Below are positions 60,142 through 64,000 of a DNA stretch of 64,000 nucleotides, piece by piece (positions within the stretch are counted from its first letter, which is position 1; each line of letters begins with the position of its first letter). The DNA is taken from the NCBI GenBank assembly GCA_965247515.1, contig OZ252029.1, forward strand, positions 6,543,391 to 6,607,390, given 5' to 3'. This DNA is from Bryobacterales bacterium (lineage in GTDB: Bacteria > Acidobacteriota > Terriglobia > Bryobacterales > UBA6623). Below the pieces are notes generated by a model. That model made no database searches. It saw only the letters and a program-made list of their open reading frames with translations, and had not been told where the DNA came from. The translations under genes were made by a program, and so were the position numbers.

Positions 60142-60446
60142 CCCGCCGCGCCTATTATACTGACAACTCGGTGACCTAAAGGCCACGCCTATAGCTTGGG
60201 AAAACCGGTTTCAGAGTATGTTTCGGCGATTGCCGATTTGGCGGGAGCAAGCATCGCTTAGGGTGTTCAGAGTTTCGATTGCCCCCTCGATTCGACCCGC
60301 ATCGGCGCGCTGCAGCCGCCGTGTGTCGATCTGCTGGCGCAGGTCCCGGATTTGCTCGATCAAGGCAGAGACTTCTGCGCTGTGCGCCGACCTCTTTGGA
60401 CCTCTTGGGGACGCGAGGAAAGGACGTGTCGGCGGTTTCGACGATT

Positions 60447-62037
60447 TGGAGTGAACCCCAAGCGTGAGACAGTCGAAATCGGGACAGGTTACGATTCACC
60501 GCAAAACGCTTGCCTTCTTCGCTGTATCGTCGCACGCTGGTCCTAGCCGGGGAAGCGGAAACGGGCTCTGCTGGAGAGCAACCCGCCAAGGAATACCCGG
60601 CCGCAAACTCATCAAGACGATGAGCGCCGGGGGCGGCCGCCAAGGTCGCTCCCGGCTTCTCCAACGCCGGCGATGTCTCCCTGCCCGCCCAGGGCCCATC
60701 GGATTGATAGATTTGCCTATGCCTCTCAAAACTCATACTTCGGATTCCTCGCTGCTGTTGCCGCCGGCCGCGCCAGCGCTTCAAACTCCGCCGGCGGACG
60801 ATATCCCAACGCCGAATGCAGCCGGCGTTGGTTGTAGATCTCATCAATGAACTCGCCGATCGATGCGCGCGCCTCGTCAAGCGTGCGATAACGCTGCAAC
60901 CAAACCTCCTCCGCCTTCAACGTCTTCATGAAACTCTCCGCCCGCGCGTTGTCGTAGGGGTTGCCGCGGCGGCTCATCGAGATGATCGCGCCGTGCTGCT
61001 CCAGCAGCTCGACATAGGCGCTCGAAGCGTACTGTACGCCTTGGTCGGAATGATGCATCCACCCCGCGGCAGGGCGTCTGAGCTCGAGCGCATCGCGCAA
61101 CGCCCCTACAGCCAGCTCAGCTTTGAGCGTCGTCCCCAGCCGCCAGCCGACCACGCGTCGCGAGTAGGCGTCCAACACCACGGCGAGGTAGACGAACGCC
61201 TCGCGCAAGCGAATGTAGGTGATATCGGATTGCCACAACTGATCGACGCCGTCCACATTCAGGTGCGCCGCTAGATTCGGATAAACAGGTAAGAAGTGGT
61301 TCGAATCCGTTGTTAGCACGAAGCGCCGCTTGAGTACCGCCAGCAAGTTGTCCTTACGCATCATCCGCAGGACCTTTTTGTGATTGACGAGGAAGCCTTG
61401 GCGGCGCAGCTCGGCCGTCACGCGGCGGTAGCCGCAACGACGATTCTCGAGCGAAATCCGCTGCATGCGGTCACGCAATTCCATGTCGCACTCGGCGGGC
61501 GACGACACGGCGAGCCGGCGATAGAACCCGGCGCGATTCACGCGTCCGAGCTCGCAGGCGTGTTCGACGCTGAGCGAGCCTTTGGCGCTGATCTGCTCGA
61601 CGATGGAGTAGATCCGCTCGCGCCACCGGCGTCGTTGGTCGGGGCTGCGAGGTTCAAGGCGCGAAAGGCTTGTCCGAAAAAATCGAGCTCTGCGGCTTGT
61701 TTGCCGAGCAGTCGTTCGAGCTCTGCGATGCGTTCGTCGCGCGGATCGCGAGGGATCTTGGGCGGCGCCGAGCGGCCGGGTTTCGGCCGGCCTCGCCGCC
61801 GGCTCAAGCCGTTGACGCCTTCCTGGCGATAGGCGTCCCGCCAGCGGTACAGCAGGCTGCGCTTGACGTCCAACTCGCGGCTTAGCGCTGTGCCGCTCTG
61901 GCCGGCTAGGAGCCGCCTGGCGGCGGCTTCCTTGAACTCCCGCGGCTTGCGCGGCTTGAGACTTTCCATCCTGGACTCCTTTCCATTCGCTGAAATTCGT
62001 CCCAAATTTCAATGTCTCATTTTTAGGGTTCACTCCA
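60447..62037 (-). mobile_element. IS3-family insertion sequence, copy B (1591 bp) with a 3-bp target-site duplication ATT
   Basis: Same termini as copy A. ATT at 60444-60446 and at 62038-62040. It differs from copy A by a 12-bp indel in orfA and a few substitutions. Confidence 0.9.
60726..61969 (-). CDS. IS3-family transposase OrfAB (programmed -1 frameshift)
   Basis: orfA MESLKPRKPREFKEAAARRLL... lacks the TVEF of copy A. The orfB translation is identical to copy A in the ORF track. Confidence 0.85.
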
Positions 62038-62040
62038 ATT

Positions 62041-62228
62041 TGTCCCAGGTGAATCGCCGCCACAGTTAGGGCGCGCCTTTGAAACGCCTGCTTGGCGAGA
62101 TTCGCTTCCTCTCGAATCTTGCGAAATGCGGCATCTGAATCGGAACGCAGGAATCTCCAAACGGTAATGCAGCTCCCCGCAGCTCCAAACAGTCCCAAGA
62201 CGATTCCTAAGAAGCTCACGAAGTCCAT
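62041..62228 (-). pseudogene. 5' part of a small membrane-protein ORF interrupted by IS3 copy B
   Basis: MDFVSFLGIVLGLFGAAGSCITVWRFLRSDSDAAFRKIREEANLAKQAFQRRALTVAAIHLGQ then reads into the IS end. Removing the IS and one ATT keeps an open frame to 60176, but the distal coding frame is ambiguous. Confidence 0.35.
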
Positions 62229-62264
62229 TTGATCGGTCCCTCGAGCAGAAAGCGGACGGCAACC

Positions 62265-62667
62265 CTACGCGCCCTCCTCATCTACGAAGTCCGCCAGAAC
62301 GTAGCGCCCGTTCGGCATCCTAGTCACCTTTCCCGACTTCCGCCAAAGTCCCCAATGTGGTGTTGACGTAAGTTGTGGAGGGCACTTCGTCTTCACCCTT
62401 TAGCTTCTCCCGGATTTCTTTCGGCGAAAGCCCGTCGACCTCGGACTCCTGCAGCACGCGCACCATCAAGGCGGCCTTGCGCCCCCACACCTTCGAGTTG
62501 GATTGGTTTTGACAGGCCTTTAGAAACTCGATCTTCTCGTCAATCGCCGCCGTCAACTCGCGTCTTGCAGCGATGCGCTCGTTCAACGCAGCGAGGATGT
62601 CCTTCTCCACTGAATCGTAGGAATCTTCTGGTGTGGGGTTCTCAGAGTTCGTGCGTTCGCTCGCCAT
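62265..62667 (-). pseudogene. Small putative winged-helix protein with a C-terminal frameshift near 62323-62331
   Basis: MASERTNSEN...LSPKEIREKLKGEDEVPSTTYVNTTLGTLAEVGKGD*. One base later the frame reads VTRMPNGRYVLADFVDEEGA*, a typical wHTH wing. The region is less GC-rich than its surroundings. Confidence 0.4.
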
Positions 62668-63101
62668 CTCGACACGAAGGATCGCAGAGCATGACGGCCT
62701 CGCTGTCAATAGATATGCCAGTAATTGTGCTAGTTAATTTGCCTTCTAGTTGAACTCGACGAAGTAAACACGAACAAAAAACGAAACTAGTGACGAAGTC
62801 GATCCCTTTTGGTTTGCGTGCCCAGCCATCGAGGCAATTTTGCCTCAAGGGCGACATCGGCGATGTCCGGTGCTGTCCAGTACCCGCAGTGCCCAAAAGT
62901 CTTGTGGCGTCGGCCCCAAGAAGGATGCAGTTGTAGGCTAGATGCCCTCAGGCGCTCCTGCGATGGCGGGTTCCACTCTGGCATGGAGTCGAGCGCGCGC
63001 TGCAACTCGGTGCGTGTTGCTTCGGAGGCGGCGAAGGAGTGCTGCTCTAGCTGGTCTTTGGATATGTCATAGAAGCGCCCGTCGTGGTAGAGCTTGTAGC
63101 G

Positions 63102-63141
63102 GCGGAACCCGCTCCCTTTCGGTCGCGGCTCTGACGCCGCG
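63102..63141. repeat. Solo half of the GCGGAACCCGCTCCCT..CGGTCGCGGCTCTGAC repeat
   Basis: GCGGAACCCGCTCCCTTTCGGTCGCGGCTCTGACGCCGCG matches one arm of the 34-bp inverted repeat at 34219-34252, with no partner arm nearby. Confidence 0.6.
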
Positions 63142-63155
63142 TTTCAACGATTCCA

Positions 63156-64000
63156 CTACGGGGTCGCACACGAGAAGTTCGCCGCGTCGTTCACGTCGCC
63201 CGAGCCATTGTATTTGGCCACTTGCGGGTAAGGGCAGAGCGGTCGCGTCATCTTAGTTTTGCCGCCGATGACGCGGGCGGCTCCGAGCCGTTCGGGAGCC
63301 TTGCCCGCTTCGACCCAGTCAACCAGGGCGCCCAGGTAGTCCGCTTGGAAGACGCCCAACCCATTCGAGCAGTGAAACATCCCCGGAACCATGAACAGCC
63401 GATAGAATTCGGTAGTTTCAGGCCCCATCGTCTCCAATACATCTTCGTAGTAGTCGACGCCCATCATCGGATTGAGGGCCGTATCGGCCCAGCCGAAGTA
63501 CATCAGCATCTTGGCGTCCGCGTCGCGAAAGCCGCTTAGGTCGGGATCGGTTGCGTCGAGAATCGAGCGGATGAAGCCCATCTTGTAGGGGTCTTCTTCG
63601 TAGTCAAACCCGCGCCAGTCGTAGTTCGGGTCGTCCTTGTTGAACGCCAAGTACGGGAAGAACGTCTCGGCATACACTTGCTGCCGGCTTGGGCCGTCTT
63701 CGTTGATCAGCCATCCATTCCAGCCGCTCACGTGACGCGGGCCGCTGCTCGGTGCGGCTTCAGAGCCGAACGGCTGGCCAGGGAACAGCACCTTGCCACG
63801 GCTCATAACGCCGTAGATCTTTTCCAGCGCGCCGACTTCAGCTTCGGTCAGGCAGCGGCCGGAAACATCCGAATTGCAGATGGGCAGGTGCTCGCGAGGC
63901 TCGAAGTCACACGCACGCGGATCTTCGAGCAGACCGTCCTCGACGCCGTCCAACTTGTCGCAGCGGTCGTAAACCGCATCCGCGACGATGCCGATTTTCT
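63156..64000 (-). CDS. Tannase/feruloyl-esterase family protein, 5' end off-window
   Basis: The frame is open to the window edge (…KIGIVADAVYDRCDKLDGVEDGLLEDPRACDFEP...). The C-terminus ...FMVPGMFHCSNG...TRPLCPYPQVAKYNGSGDVNDAANFSCATP* is the family signature. Confidence 0.8.
   Translation of the reverse strand, partial: KIGIVADAVYDRCDKLDGVEDGLLEDPRACDFEPREHLPICNSDVSGRCLTEAEVGALEKIYGVMSRGKVLFPGQPFGSEAAPSSGPRHVSGWNGWLINEDGPSRQQVYAETFFPYLAFNKDDPNYDWRGFDYEEDPYKMGFIRSILDATDPDLSGFRDADAKMLMYFGWADTALNPMMGVDYYEDVLETMGPETTEFYRLFMVPGMFHCSNGLGVFQADYLGALVDWVEAGKAPERLGAARVIGGKTKMTRPLCPYPQVAKYNGSGDVNDAANFSCATP

Noticed and set aside
45495-62037. The two same-orientation IS3 copies as ends of a ~16.5-kb composite transposon
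   Set aside because: The outer flanks do not form a target duplication (CCG on the left, ATT on the right). Copy B has its own private ATT/ATT duplication, and copy A joins two unrelated truncated genes. Independent insertions plus a deletion fit better.
60726-62228. 500-aa ORF suggesting a longer transposase with a membrane N-terminus
   Set aside because: The first ~63 codons are flanking host sequence read through the IS terminus. The next ~190 codons are the out-of-frame reading of orfA. Copy A lacks this extension.

Overview
GC-rich bacterial chromosomal segment. It looks most like an Acidobacteriota (Solibacter/Bryobacter-like) genome: a BNR/sortilin-like protein ends in the Solibacter-type C-terminal domain, there are several Ser/Thr kinases fused to TolB/PD40 beta-propellers, an Oar-like TonB-dependent barrel, and many sulfatases. 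Recognisable core genes are lysA, an Lhr-type helicase, yggX, an RsbW/RsbV-like partner-switching pair, a cusCBA-type metal efflux operon, a BCCT transporter with a homocysteine S-methyltransferase, a dihaem cytochrome c with a PQQ methanol/ethanol-family dehydrogenase, a Tat-signal enolase-superfamily enzyme, and vapBC plus a HicB-like antitoxin. The main feature of the window is its repeat and mobile-element content. It holds four IS copies (one IS481-family, one IS1182-family, two near-identical IS3-family). It also holds at least three MITE-like elements, one of which shares its termini with the IS1182 copy. There are several dispersed palindromic (REP-like) families, and an internally deleted RAYT-like gene remnant sits between two REP hairpins. 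From about 21 kb onward, and especially 41.8-63 kb, many genes are truncated, frameshifted or interrupted by a stop codon. This is either real decay in an IS-rich accessory region or indel errors in the assembly, and the sequence alone cannot separate the two. No rRNA, tRNA or CRISPR array was found. I recognise no complete new multi-gene system. The best leads are the REP/RAYT/IS1182/MITE relationships, the unusual accessory genes of the cus operon, the structured repeat array upstream of the partner-switching operon, and a possible lanthanide-type PQQ dehydrogenase.
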